Positions 13,500 through 27,234 are shown, counted from the stretch's first letter. The stretch is DNA of 64,000 bases from Octopus vulgaris (GCA_951406725.2 OX597829.1:56110001-56174000), one strand, 5' to 3'. The notes: generated by a model not told the origin, from the letters alone. Numbers and translations are program-made.

Positions 13500-14140
13500 G
13501 ATTTAAAGTGAAAGAGCACACAAATCTTGTTTGTGTCGATAAAGATTATTTAATCCATTACAATATGTACAGAGTCGACCGGTTTCGCTTCGCTAATCAT
13601 GACTGAATATTATTAACTCATAAGTTTTTGATTTATTCTTGTGTAGAAGCAGGTATGATACAGTTTTGCGGTTATAGAGGAGCGTATAGCTTAGATGATA
13701 TAATCTGTAAATATGATTTTTTTAACTAAAGGAATAATCAGTGGATATAATAGGAGTGGTAAATCTTTTTTTCTTTTTTTCTGGCTGGCTTTTTTTTTAT
13801 TTCAGAAGACCATTATATATTCATGTTAAGTTCTGGTTTGTATTTTTCAATAAATGTAGCTTCTTTATTTAGTCGTTGTTGGGCTGAGTATTTTTTCCCG
13901 TGCATTGGTATAGTGGAATATTATGAATTGTGTTTGGCTGATATATAAACAAAATCGAACACACATAAAGAAGTGTGTTTTTAGTTTGTCGGACAGCTCT
14001 GGTTTTGTAGATCTAAGACAATATGTTTTCGATGCTCTTGGTGTAAATCACTTGAAAGTAAGTACTTTCAGGTGTTTTACACCAAGAGCATCGAGAATAT
14101 ATTCTCTTACGTCTAAAAACCGCAGCCGCCCGACAAACTA
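13500..14140 (-). mobile_element. Truncated Penelope-like element 3' end with a 5' foldback
   Basis: The minus strand encodes RLNKEATFIEKYKPELN (GIY-YIG C-terminus) and carries the hammerhead remnant CGAAACCGGTC. An inverted repeat lies at 13982-14140. Confidence 0.6.
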
Positions 14141-14177
14141 GCATCTTGCTTATGTGTGTGTTATCTATATAAATGCA

Positions 14178-14285
<108 letters not shown>

Positions 14286-14288
14286 AAC

Positions 14289-14360
<72 letters not shown>

Positions 14361-14974
14361 TATATATATATATATATATATACACTTGTGTGGTGAGGTT
14401 GTGTGTGTATATATATGTATCCACCCATGCAGATACACTAGTGATAAAGTATACATAATATATATATCCGGTTTCAGATGGTTTTTGTGCGGTGGAAGCT
14501 AATTTTTCTGTATGATGTGTTATAAACACATATACTAACTTCCTTTCGAGCTTATAGGAATCTTTCCTAATACATGCTGAGAACCAGAAACTGATGGGGA
14601 ACGTTTGGCCACATCTACTCCAGTTCTTGACTGGCACCGAGAGACTTATACATTCTGGCACATATCCACAGTCACAGGCATACAACACACACAAGCACAC
14701 GTACACGGTGAAAGCCATATCTCTATATAGTGGAGGAGGAGGAGGAGTTTATTTAGGTCCGGAGTTGGTTGCACCTGCAGTGGTGGGTGCCATTTCCATT
14801 TATCTTATATTCCCTATTAAACATCGGTCGTTTTCCTTTTTCTGTTATGAGTTCTTATATTTATCGTAACGTTGCGACATGTTGCTGTGTCGAAACAACT
14901 TTTAATTCAGCCTTATCCAATTGGACATTATGTTTATACTTAACATGCTGATCCTCTATACTCTTACCAGTTAT

Positions 14975-15466
14975 ACTCCATTCTTTGAGTCAGGTGCGAC
15001 CGGCTCCTTATCTCCTCAAAGACATACAGCATCTCGAAAGAGTCCAGAAGCTGGCTACCCGCATGGTTCATGATCTCAAAAATTTGTCCTACGAAGAAAG
15101 GCTGAGGACGCTCGACCTTTATTCTCTTGAAAAATGCCGCCGCCGTGGTGATCTCATTCTCGCCCACAACATCATAAGCGGAAAGTGTAACCCCTCGAAA
15201 GAGCTGTTCTTCACTCCTGCTCCAGAGCGTCGGCTGCGGGGTCAATCGAAGGAGAGGAGCTTTCTCCGTCCGGGTTGCGGATCCGTGGAACAATCTGCCA
15301 GACGAGATGGTGAAGATGCCGACGACCGCTTTGTTCAAAGCCTCCCTGGACCTCAAGTGGCCTGAACTCTTTACATGAACACCACCCTGTACTTAACTCC
15401 ATGCCCCCCTACATGGCCTTGCTATTTGCTTTTGAGCCAAATTAACTAACTAACTAACTAACTAAC
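14975..15466 (+). mobile_element. CR1-clade LINE 3' fragment with (TAAC)n tail
   Basis: APYLLKDIQHLERVQKLATRMV..LKNLSYEERLRTLDLYSLE..RRRGDLI, followed by taactaactaac. Confidence 0.85.
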
Positions 15467-15849
15467 ATTTATGTAAGTTGTGATATAATTCCGATATCTA
15501 ACAGAAAAACGACCAAGCTTAATAGTAAATACAAAGTAAATAGTAATTGCAACCTACCCTCACCGTCGTTGCCCTGACGCCAATTGCCCTACTCCCATTA
15601 CCACAATATACAGACGTGTATGAGTACGGTGTGAGTCTGCGAGATTCTTGAGCTGAACGGATGTATGTCAGTTTATATAAAAACAAAAAACAAAGACAAG
15701 TGTATGAACAACAAACAGGTGTTTTAGTTTGACGCTCGGGAAAATGGAAAAGTCTTTTACATTTCAAGCCTACGCTCTTTAACAGAAAGGAATAAGAGAA
15801 AATAAACCAAGAGAGAATGAAAAAAAAACTTGTATGTTTAACGGATGCC

Positions 15850-16135
15850 GCTACGTTCTGAGTTCAAATTCCGCCGAGGTCGACTTTACCTTTCATCCTT
15901 TCGGGGTCGATAAATTAAGTACCAGTTACGCACTGGGGTCGATATAATAGACTTAATCCGTTTGTCTGTCCTTCTTTGTCCTCTCTGTATTTAGCCCCTT
16001 GTGGGTAGTAAAGAAATAGGTATTTCGCTCGTCACTACGTTCTAGGTTCAAATTACGTCGAGGTCGACTTTGCTTTTCTTCCTTAGAGATCGATTGATTA
16101 CGTACCAGCGTAACATTTGGGTCGATGTAATCAAC
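15850..16135 (+). mobile_element. tRNA-derived SINE family B (Meta-domain-like core); + copies also at about 40930-41130, 62245-62460 and 63470-63630
   Basis: Recurrent ttctgagttcaaattccgccgaggtcgacttt.cctttcatcctttcggggtcgataaattaagtaccag with a B-box-like GAGTTCAAATTCC. Confidence 0.8.
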
Positions 16136-16639
16136 TAGTCTCCTGTGCCTTAAGTAAAAAGAATTATTGTTATGATTATTATTCGCCATTATTTAAGTAA
16201 TCGATTGTTTGATTAAGCGTTCGAGTGATCAATCACGCTACTGGCTTATCAAAGTTCTTTGATCACCATCCATGATTTCCTCAATGAAACGCCGTCCTTA
16301 CCTCACGTCTATGCCATTGCCTTCAAACTTTAGTTATTGTATTTATACTCTCTGAGTTGTGCATGAGTATATACGATGGTGAGTTTGTGTGGAGTGTCTC
16401 TGCGGTTCATTGTTTTTAACAGTCTTATGATTTATGCATTTGTCAGCAGAGTACATAAGCGCGCACGTGTATGTGTGTGCGTTTGCGCATGACCGTGTGT
16501 ATACGCGTTCACACTCGTTCCTTCAGGTCTTCTTTTTTACAGTTTTCGATTGTCCTCTTTTCATTCTCACCGCTTATATAATAAATAGTTTTTTAAAATC
16601 CACAAATGCACTTACGTATGTGGAGCCAGCATCACATAC

Positions 16640-16845
16640 AAATCATAGAGGAGACAAACAAGGACTGACATAGGTATTAAGTCGATTACATCGACCCCAG
16701 TGCGTAACTGGTACTTAATTTATCGACCCCGAAAGGATGAAAGGCAAAGTCGACCTCGGAGGAATTTGAACTCGCAACGTAACGACAGACGAAATACGGC
16801 TACGCATTTCGCCTGCGTGCTAACGATTCTGCCATCTCGCCGCAT
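16640..16845 (-). mobile_element. SINE family B, minus copy; others at about 28460-28640, 33015-33225, 34700-34856 and 41845-42077
   Basis: Reverse complement of the same core (cgaccccgaaaggatgaaaggcaaagtcgacctcgg). Confidence 0.8.
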
Positions 16846-17184
16846 ATATATCGAGCCATACATACATACATACACACACACACAAACATATATATATATC
16901 CATAATTATATACACACATATATATATATCCATAAATCTATACATATATATATACATAAATATATATACATATATATATACATAATATATACATAAATAT
17001 ATATAAATATATACATAAATATATATACATAAATATATACATACACACACACTCACACACACACATAAAAAATACAATTAAGATTCAGTTGAATTAAGTA
17101 CTGGAATATGTATTATATTAAATATATATATATATTATATATACATATGTATATATATTATATATACATTATAATATATTATTA

Positions 17185-17224
17185 TTTCACCCAGGCGGCC
17201 CGGGTTCGATTCCCGACATGGGAA
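17185..17224 (+). pseudogene. 3' half of a tRNA-Glu(TTC)-like sequence
   Basis: tttcacccaggcggcccgggttcgattcccgacatgggaa resembles the anticodon-to-acceptor half of metazoan tRNA-Glu(TTC). The 5' half is absent. A T6 run follows at 17230-17235. Confidence 0.7.
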
Positions 17225-17256
17225 CGTTATTTTTTAACGGCGTTGCTCTCTCACTC

Positions 17257-17319
<63 letters not shown>

Positions 17320-17320
<1 letters not shown>

Positions 17321-18428
17321 TGACCACAAAACTATGACTATCAACTGCGGCATTTTTCAGGGTGACTCACTTTCACCTTTAATTTTATGCATAACCCTAA
17401 TGCCCCTTACAAGTGAAAGGGTATGGACATAAAATTGGCGACAAGAAAATAAGTCATCTATTTTATATGGACGACTTAAAACTCTATGGCAAGGGCAATA
17501 ATTAGCTTGAAGGACTACCACGTACTGTGAAAGCATTCAGTGATGGCATCGAGAGGGAATTAGATCTTCATAAATGTCCGAAGGCCACTTTCCAGAAAGA
17601 GGAGTTGAAGACCTCACATTCAGTGGCGTTAAATGTTGACACAGTTATAAATTAACTCGAGCAGGAACACGCTTACAAATACCTCGGAATAAATGAGGGC
17701 TCTGGCATTCAGCATGCAAGTGTTACAGGAGAGTTCGAGCAGTCCTAAAATCCGAGTTAAAGGCACGTAACAAAGGTATTAGCAATAAATTCCTTAGCAG
17801 TTCCGGTTATTATTTACAGTTTCAATGTGTTGAACTGGAATATGAGCGAAATAAGGAAGATTGACAGTAAAATCTGCAAGCTGCTGATTTGTAATAAGAT
17901 GCACCACCCAAAGGCAGATGCAGTTCGTCTTTATCTACCCGAGGCATGGTCAAATTTGAAATCTCCTAGAAAACCAACACAATTGGACTGGCTAAATATC
18001 TCGAAACATCTAACGACTGGATGCTAAAACTCTTTAAAAACCGCGAGAGTCGTAAAAAGCTTCATTTTGCTATGAAGGAGAGCAAAAAATTTGCTAATGA
18101 GTTTATGCATAAAACTCAAATTGAACAGCATGATGGAAGTGCGGCAACTGTAGTTGCAAAGAAGGTTGAATCAATAGCAAAAGGAAAATGCGTTTGAACA
18201 ATTGGCTGATAGGTGGGAACAAAAACCTCTGCATGGAAAATATGTGACCCGTAGTAAACAAGCTGGTGTACACCAGAAGCACACCCGTCAGTGGCTACGG
18301 AGCTCAGGGCTAAAGGCAGAGAGTGAAGGCTTTATTTTGGCTGCCCAAGATCAGAGCTTATTGACCCGAAACTATGAAGTCAATATGGTGAAAAATGGTG
18401 TAGACCCAAAGTGCCGATACTGCAACGA
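17320..18428 (+). mobile_element. R4/Dong-like non-LTR retrotransposon RT fragment (frame-shifted)
   Basis: GIFQGDSLSPL, SHLFYMDDLKLY, YKYLGI, WEQKPLHGKY...LKAESEGFILAAQDQSLLTRNY...KCRYC. It starts directly after an (AAT)n tract. Confidence 0.85.
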
Positions 18429-19012
18429 CGGCTGGATGGATGGATGGATGGATGGAATTTTATTTATATGTGCAAAACCTGAAAGTACATTGAACAATTA
18501 AATATCGATTTCTAACAAGCAGAAGACCTGAAATCTAAGGGATGAATGAGTTTGGCTGATTAAGAACGACAACTATGGCTCAGCTGGTACTTATTGTTTT
18601 TCTAACTCGGAAGAATAATGTACCTCACTTATCTTTCTACCCAGAACGTCGAGATACACAACTAAATAGCCAACCATCAAATAATACAATTGATTGTTGG
18701 TTAGTGTGGGGGGAAAAATGATACGTTCTTAGCTGAACGCATAACCAAACCAATATTTAGATTGAGGAGTTAAGTGATAAATATTAGTATATTATTGAGC
18801 GACTGGATGAATAAAGTGATAAACGTCAGTCATGAAAATTTAATCTGTAGTAAATTAGTAAAAAAAAGGTATTGATTAGCTTGTGAGAGGATGTTGGTGT
18901 TAGGAATAGCTGACGTTTTTCGTGTAATTAATTGTTCCGCTATCGTGTATATACGTATGTGCGTGTGTATGTTACTGTGTATATGTGTAGTTATGCACAA
19001 CGTGCGTATATA

Positions 19013-20048
19013 CAGGGGCTAAACAAAAAATGAAGACACCTAGCATCATAGCATCATGATTTTGAAATATCCATAAAACAATCAAAAGCTTGTTTATTTT
19101 TATGTTTTTTGATTTACTATTAGTCTTGCTTAATATGTTTTGCTGAAATTGCTGCTTCTTTTCAGATATCATCAGAAAAAGGTAATTAAAATTCATTAAA
19201 ATGACAGATCTATCGGACTTTCAAAGAAGTCAAATTGTTGGTGCTTGTATGGCAGGCGCTAGTGTAATGAAAACAGCCGAAATATTTGGTGTATCAAGAA
19301 GTACTGTTGCGAAAGTAATGACAGCTTTTATGAGGGGGAAAACCCTTCTCGTCGAAACAAAACTCCGGAAGAATACCAAAGCTTTTAAATAGGGGCCGTC
19401 AGATTCTTACGCGAATAGTTTGAAAGGATCACAAATTACAGTTCCCAAAATTCCCGCAGAGCTTAATGACCACCTCGAGGACCCAGTTTTCACAAAAACT
19501 ATTCGCCGGCAGCTGCCCAAAGCTGGATTTCATGGGAGGGCTACAATCAGAAACCCACTACCTTCAAAAACAAACGTTGCAAAGCGTTTGGAGAGGAGTA
19601 AAAACCTACAGAATTCGTCCCTAGAGCAGTGGAAGAATTTTATTTCCTCGGACGAGTCACCATTTGCATTCTATCTCATCAAATCTATCCTATGTTAATG
19701 CACCAATTCACACAATCAAAGTTGTTACTGAATGGCACGAGGAACATTCTAGTGAAGTTGAACATCTTATCTGGCCACCACAGTCTCCAGACCTCAATAT
19801 TATCGAACATTTATGGTGCATTTTAGAAAAACAAGTAAGGGGTCGATATCCTCCACCCTCATCACTACAAGGACTGGAGACTATTTTAGCTGAAGAATGG
19901 ACAAAAATTCCTTTGGAAACAATTCAAACTTCATAGGAGTCCATAGGTCGTAGAATTCAAGCTGTTATTACCAAAGCTGGTCCTACCCCATATTAAAATA
20001 AATTTGTTTGAAATTTTAAGGTGTTTCCATCGTTTTGTCCAACCCCTG
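19013..20048 (+). mobile_element. Tc1/mariner DNA transposon, internally deleted and frame-shifted
   Basis: TIRs ta|cagggg...cccctg|ta. HTH MTDLSDFQRSQIVGA...AEIFGVSRSTV, then SDES, NAPIH and WPPQSPDLNIIEHLW. Confidence 0.9.
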
Positions 20049-20270
20049 TATGTATGCTCGTGTGTATTTATGCATATGTGTATGTACGTATGCATGTACG
20101 TATGCATGTATATAAGCATGTTCGTATGTATGTATGTATGTATGAATGTATGTATGTATGTATGTACGTATGCATGTATATAAGCATGTTCGTATGCATA
20201 CATGTATGTATGAATGCGTGCATGTAAGTATGCATATATGTGTGTACTACGTATGTAATATGTAGGTATA

Positions 20271-20306
<36 letters not shown>

Positions 20307-20729
20307 TGTATGTATGTACGTATGTATGTATGTATGTATGTATGCGTACGTATGTATACATATGTAAGTATGTAAGTAAGGATGTACATATGTATGTATA
20401 TATGTATGTATGTGTATACGGATGTATACATGTATGTATGCATGTATGCTTGTGTGTATATGTGTATGAATGCATGCATCAATGTATGTATGTATGCATG
20501 CATTTATGTCTGTGTATATATATGCATGTATGTTTGTATTATGTATGTATGTATGTATGCATGCGGGTATGTATGCATGCATGTATGGTATGCATGTATG
20601 TATACATGCATGTATATATGCTTGTATGTATGTCTCTATGTATTATGCATGCATGTATGTATGTATGTATGCATATATGTAAGTATGCGTGTATGCATGT
20701 ATGTATCTATGTATGTTTGCTATATCTAT

Positions 20730-22410
20730 TAACAGTGCTTCCCAGATAGACAAGCTGATCAACTGCATCAAGCCGTTTACCATACACATAGATATTTGGT
20801 ACACTATACTGCTTACCAGGGGCAGGTTGATGCATGACAACAGTTTTCTTGAGATTGACTGTCAATCCTAAGGCAGTGCAAGCATCAGAGAATGCATTCA
20901 AAATGTGTTAGAGTATCCTTCTAGGAGAAGGTAACTCAGGTAACTGGGATAACATGCACAGGAATTGCACGATAACAACATTGATTAAGCTTCGTACAAT
21001 GGCCATACTCGATAACGAGGGGGCAGCCACCTTATATGTATGTATCTATGTATATATGTATGCAAAAGTGGAAGGACCGCATCAGTGATCTTGAAATATT
21101 GGAAGGCTCTTGGTGTGAAAGAATAGAAGCTCTTGTGTTAAAGCGAAGGCTCAGATGGAGTGGTCATCTGGTCAGGATGAAGGATTCAAGGATGCCAAAA
21201 CAACTCTTTTATGGAGAGTTAGCTAAAGGAGAACAACCTCCACATAAACCAAAAAAGAGGTATAAGTACTTGCTGAAGGCTTCCTTAAGAGATGCTTGCA
21301 TCTCTCCTGACACATGGGAAGACATAGCTATTGAGCGTAGCAGGTGGAGAAGGATTGTGCACGAGGGGACAGCTACTTTTGAGAAATCTCGAGTTTCACA
21401 TGAGAAAGTAAGGAGGGATGTCAGGAAGGGCATCGCTGTTACACTTCCATATGGGAAGGGTCTTCCTATGACGCTGATATGCAGTGTCTGTGCAAGACCC
21501 TGCCTCAGTGAAGCTGGACTCAAGAGTCATCTTCGTAGCCATAAAGCGAGACAGATGAGTGACAAACCTGGCCACTATTGGTGGTGTAACACACCATACT
21601 AATCATATCTGTCAGGCATGTGGAAGGGGGTGTAATTCAGCAGGAGGACTTAAACGACATGCAAATGTACATGAAGCCCAATTACAACTACAGCCGGCTA
21701 TTACCGGTAAAGGTTTTAGTTGCCAATTTTGTACAAGACATTGTAGATCTTTGGCTGGGCTAAAAAGTCACATTCGATAACAGCACCAGTAACAGTTAAG
21801 CTTCGTGCAATGGTCATACTCGATAACGAGGGAGCAGCCATAATAATGTATGTTATGTCAGGTTACTTTCGAGTGCTACTGATAACATGTAACCCAGTAC
21901 AACCTGTTGCATGGTCGGGTCGTCGGCGACTAAACCGGCAATCCCACCAAGCTTGCTTGGTGAGGAGGGTGTTTATTGGACACCCTGCGGGATGAAAAAC
22001 AAAGCCCGTCAAAGGGCGGAGGAACTCTTGAGAGTTAACGGCCATCCAATAAATGTCTTAAGGCTGTATCATGCGCGGGGACATAGAAATAATCGGACTG
22101 AATACCCGATCGCGCTGTTAAACCATTGGGAGTGAAGGACTCCTAGCCTTTGTTAGGGAATCCTTCTAGGAGAAGGCAACTCAGGTAACTGGGATAACTC
22201 CGACATAAAACCTGCGGCTCAGTGGTTACCGATGATGTTGACTTGTTCTTCTTTTAATATTATGGCAGCTGTTGCTTAGTGAGTGGGATTGACTCAGTGC
22301 ACAGCCTTTCCTCACTTTAAAAAAATCTTCTTGCACAGGCATTGCACGATAACATTGATTAAGCTTCGTGCAATGGCCATAATCGATAACGAGGGGGCAG
22401 TCACCATGTA
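20730..22410 (+). mobile_element. RTE-clade LINE cluster: inverted RT piece (20730-20905, minus), RT C-terminus with three C2H2-like fingers (21061-21845), and non-coding derivatives sharing the 3' end
   Basis: RLRWSGHLVRMKDSRMPKQLFYGEL; CSVC..H..H, CQAC..H..H, CQFC..H. The terminus aagcttcgt(g/a)caatgg.cata.tcgataacgaggg occurs three times, each followed by (ATGT)n. Confidence 0.82.
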
Positions 22411-23261
22411 TGTATGTATGTATGCATGTATTATGTAGGTATTATGTATGTATGCATGCATGTGTGTCTACGTATGCATGTATATATTATGAATGTATGC
22501 ATGTATGGATGTATGCATGTATGTATGCATGTATGTATATATCCATGTATTTGTATATACGTATGTATGCATGTATGCATATATGTGTGTGTATGTATGC
22601 ATGCATGAATGTATGTATGTATGGATGGATGGATGGATGTGTGTGTATGTATGGCCGTATATGTGTATATGTGTGTGTATGTGTGCATGGCAGAACCGTT
22701 ACTGTGTCGGAAATATTGCCATACGATGTATGTTCAGGCGCTTGAAGTGTTAAGTCAATTTTCACGGAGATCAACTTTCTCTTTCTTTGTATGTACAAAT
22801 CACGTGCTAAGGTCTACATAACTGAATGTCGCCAGCAGGCGGCGGGCTGTGTAAAAATCCGTTATTTGCGTCGAAGGCAGTATTAATTCGAAATAACATT
22901 ATGTATATCAAACCTAACAGGTATATGCGGTAGAAAATCACAAAACTGCAGTATTCATCTCGAGAAGTATTTCAGTAGTAGACGGACAGGGTCTGGCAGC
23001 GGCAGTGTGGTTGTGAAATCAATGATTTTCTAACTACTGTTATGGGGGGAGGCTAAATTTGCCTTAGCCTGTAAGTATTAGTGGACACTTGCAGCTGATG
23101 ACGCTCAATGATACAGAAATCTGTATTTAGCGTCTTCTTTTTTTATATCTCAAACAGATTTGAAGAATCTTACAATTTTTGCACCCTTACTAATTCTTAT
23201 ACTAATCTGAGAATTCACCGATCTCTCCCTGAACTGAAGTCAATGGAAATAGGATTGTTAT

Positions 23262-23350
23262 TTTCACAGACGAGGATTGTACGCACATAAACTTCTAAAA
23301 TCACTTTCACAGACGAGGATTGCAAGCAGATAAACTTCTAAAATCACTTT
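23262..23350. repeat. 43-bp tandem duplication
   Basis: tttcacagacgaggattg...taaacttctaaaatcac occurs twice. Confidence 0.85.
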
Positions 23351-26300
23351 AAGCTGTGTTTCAGTTATTCACGAAAGGTTTGTCATTAATTATTAGGTTT
23401 CCCAGGAAGTTATTCTTACTAAACAAGTTTGGTTTCTGTCTGGAATCTTTGTGTGTAACAACTTTTATGTTGACATGTGATCGGTTAATGAGTTTTGAGT
23501 CATAGTTTAGCTTCAGATATTGTTCTACTAGGATATAATTTCTGGAAAGATGGTATTTTCTTTAAAAGCAATTTTGACTATGAAAGTTAATCCGAGATTG
23601 TGAATTTTCCATGAATAATAGAAAAGGCCAAGAATTATATATTTTCTCGATGTGTTTGTAGTAGCTGTGTTTCTGCTGTTGTTTATTGAAACCAGCTTAT
23701 CGTAATCTCATTAAGGATTTCGTTTAAGTTCTTGATAATGTGTTTGACGTGAAGCTAATGGTTTATATGGCTACAAAATATAATATGTGACTATAAAACA
23801 TCATCAAGAATTGAAGAATGACATTTTCTTCATATGCGTGTGTGTGACTGTTCGTTGATGAAAACAAAGGAAAATTTAGAAGACTTAATTTTACCCTGAA
23901 AGTACACAAAAAATAATAAACTGTATGTCGTAGAATGCTTCGTGGAGTCACGCAGCGAGTGAAGGGTCTCAAATGAAAATTCCGATAAAAGAAATGAAAT
24001 GAAGTAAAGTTGTCATCGAACCGGATAACTTTACTAAAAAGTTTGTTATTCATTTTCAAAAATGTTGCTGATGTCAGGAAGGAAAGCAATGATTCCATCG
24101 ATATTCTTACGGGAGGGAGACCACTAATGTTCGCTGTAGTACATTAGTCTTCTCTGTATATATCTGTTAGGAACTTTTGTAGGCTGCAGTCGATTCTTGC
24201 AAAAATTAAAAAAATTGAAAAGTTTAGGGAAGAAAGTATCATTTCAATACGCAATTGATTTATAGAATAAATGGACAGAAAATATGGCGGTTTGATTTGC
24301 AGGGTTGCTTACAGTGTCATATTGTCTGATAAGAGGGTACAGCAAGACTCTAATAGTTTTCCGCTAATTTGTAATGAAAGTATTTAGAACATTTGTTTTT
24401 GTTTTTAGGTTGTTCTTTTTTTGTTTTGGGGAGGGTTTTTGTTATTGTTTTAGTTTTTGTTTTTCAAGAGACTCTGCGTCAGGATGTGGGCAAAGGCATT
24501 AATTTTCTCTTAATGGTTGATTTGTATGCCTTGTGCCCATAGGTTAACAGTTCTCAAATGGTGCTATAAACATATCTTTCAAGTGATGACGGCAAGCAAT
24601 ATTCCTTATATATATATTGGTATGAATTTTGGATTTAGTATTGGACTTAAAACTTTTGTTTCTTGAAAGAAGTGGCAAGATATTCACGAAAGATGGGCTT
24701 AGGCATTCTCCTATCAGTCTCAAATAGGTCAATTTGGCTGCCAGAAATACTCCGTATGTATTTAATGAAGTCTGACCAAATTTGCTAAATTAAAATATCA
24801 AAGAGTCTGTGTGTACAGAATGTGGTTTGTTAGGATAGTGTGAGGCAACATGCTTTCATCAGATAACATCTGCATGATTTTATAAGGCAGATACTGTGAT
24901 GCCAAGAAAAAGGTTTGAGTCTGAATGCAAGTAAAAGACAGAGAATTGTTTGTCAGAGAATCATGTAGACACGGAGACTGCAAGCGTTTCCGGCTCTGCT
25001 TCTGTGGTGAAGAAATGGTAAGGAATGAGAGAACTAGATGGAAGTTAGTGTTTTGAAGTCTTGACGATGATTTCAGAGAAGAACGAGATCGAACAAGATA
25101 GCGAAGAAGTGTTAGCACCCCTGGGGCGATGGAAAGATCCAAGGAGGCATCGAAGAAAAATGCTGCGATCATGGGGGGGGACTAAAACGGGGCAATGGAT
25201 GTAAAAAAAAATAGGGTTAATTAAGTGAAGTTTTATTTGTGAAATACTGTTGTTTTGAATTTGTTGCAGAAAATGGTTTATGTTTGTGATGGTGAGTGGT
25301 GGGAGCACTAGAAATGTGAACTTAGAACCAAGGAGGTAGCACCCTAAAAAAGTTTAGGAACCACTGCTTTAATAGAAAGAATTATTATTTATCGCAGTAC
25401 ATTATTCCCTAGTGTCCTTTTTATTAATTGGTCCGATTTTTTAAAAATCTTTATAAGCCCAAATATATATATGCTTACGTAACCAATGATGCATATGAAA
25501 AGAAAATAAAGTCCATGTTATGAAATTAACGTTCATGAAAAACTGTATCAACCACTAGGATCCCTTCTAAATCACAGCTATTTCACATCCTTTAGTGTTC
25601 TTAGATGATGCAAGGACGTCTATCTGTCCGCGAACATCATTTCCATCTTCTCTGAATGAAACAGTATTGATCTTACCTTTGTGGATAATGCTTATCTCGA
25701 AATGTTAATCGGTTAATTTTAAGTACGTGGTCAATAATTGTTATCATATCAATTACGGTAAATGCTATTAAGTAATTTAAACTCCTTGTCGATATTGAAA
25801 AGAAATCTATCTGTTTATAAGAATATTTGCTTCGTATAAAAGATAAACAATGCTTGTTATTAAATTTAATGCTGTGTTATTTTAATAACTTTGTTTTCTA
25901 TCTAATATTGTTCGTGTAAATTTAAAGTTTAATAAGTTAAAATGCAACACATTTGCAAATAATATTTGTACACTTAGTACAATGAGAAGTGAATATGTCC
26001 GCATACATATAAATTCATTTCTACGGCTGATTTTTTTATGTCTTATATTAATTCATAGTTTTCCCTTTCATTTTCAAATTGCTTTTATCCATTAAACTAT
26101 TCGGAAAATTAAAACATTTTCTGCCAACAGTTCTCCCTGGAACCATATCAGCTTCTCACTAACAGCAAATCCTGATACAAATATAAAAATTCTTCACCCA
26201 GATCTCATTGGCTTCCAAATTGCAAATAAATCATTCCTTGCTAAAATGATATCTAAATTCTCTACACTACAGCCTGTACCCTTCTCACCCCATTTCCATA

Positions 26301-27102
26301 TTTCTAAGGTCTTCCTGTAATAACAAATTCAAAAACCGAAAAAGATAACTCGGAAGTTGGTCTCCTTGGATTGTCATTAAAAATCCCGAAAACTTCAAAG
26401 ATTCTTTAGTGCATATGATTCATAGCTGCCTTTGAATTAAGGAATAATGTAATAGATATTGATTATAATAACGAACTATGGAGCACTTGTTTGGTCTTTG
26501 ACCAAATATAACACGCTAATATTTGTTTATAGAACTTTGATTTACCAAAAGGCCGTACCTTTGATGTTGAATATTTACATCTGTCATAAAAATTGTTTTA
26601 AAATACATTTTTATCTATATTGGTTTTAAGTATTTTATTAAATACTTATATTGACGCCAATCATATTTACCAGAATCTCAACCTTTGTTAATCAACATCA
26701 GCTTTTAACCATCTCATAAATATAATGTTATATTCCAGCACTTCCTTGGCATTGTGGGTAAACTCTATTCACTTCTAACATAAAACAGATACAAACTATC
26801 AGGCTTCACAACATAGTTTTATCGATTTCTTATAAATAAACAACGCGGGTTTATTAAAAAAGGCGGGGAATAAGTTATGACATTCAACGTTTTTCCATTG
26901 ACTTTGGTAACATATATGAAATAATATTACTTCAACTGGGTATGAAAAACGTATCATGAATTCGCCTCAGAAATAGCTTAAATCTATGCAATAAATATGA
27001 TATTAAACAAACTATATAATATATCCATGCTCTGTTATTAAAATAATATACATATATAGATAGATATAGATAGACAGGCAGATAGAAATATATATATATA
27101 GT

Positions 27103-27234
<132 letters not shown>

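Noticed and set aside
19931-20749. Many Tyr/Cys/Met/His-rich ORFs (also at 12019, 31134, 39715, 55756, 63074)
   Set aside because: They are translations of (TATG)n, (TA)n, (CA)n and (GAGT)n microsatellites.
21036-21780. Host C2H2 zinc-finger gene (a family expanded in octopus)
   Set aside because: The fingers lack TGEKP linkers and are contiguous with RTE RT C-terminal motifs and the RTE tail.
22832-22845. CTCF-like motif CCAGCAGGCGGCGG (also TAGATGGCGC near 63830)
   Set aside because: Imperfect short matches are expected by chance in 64 kb, and there is no supporting evidence.
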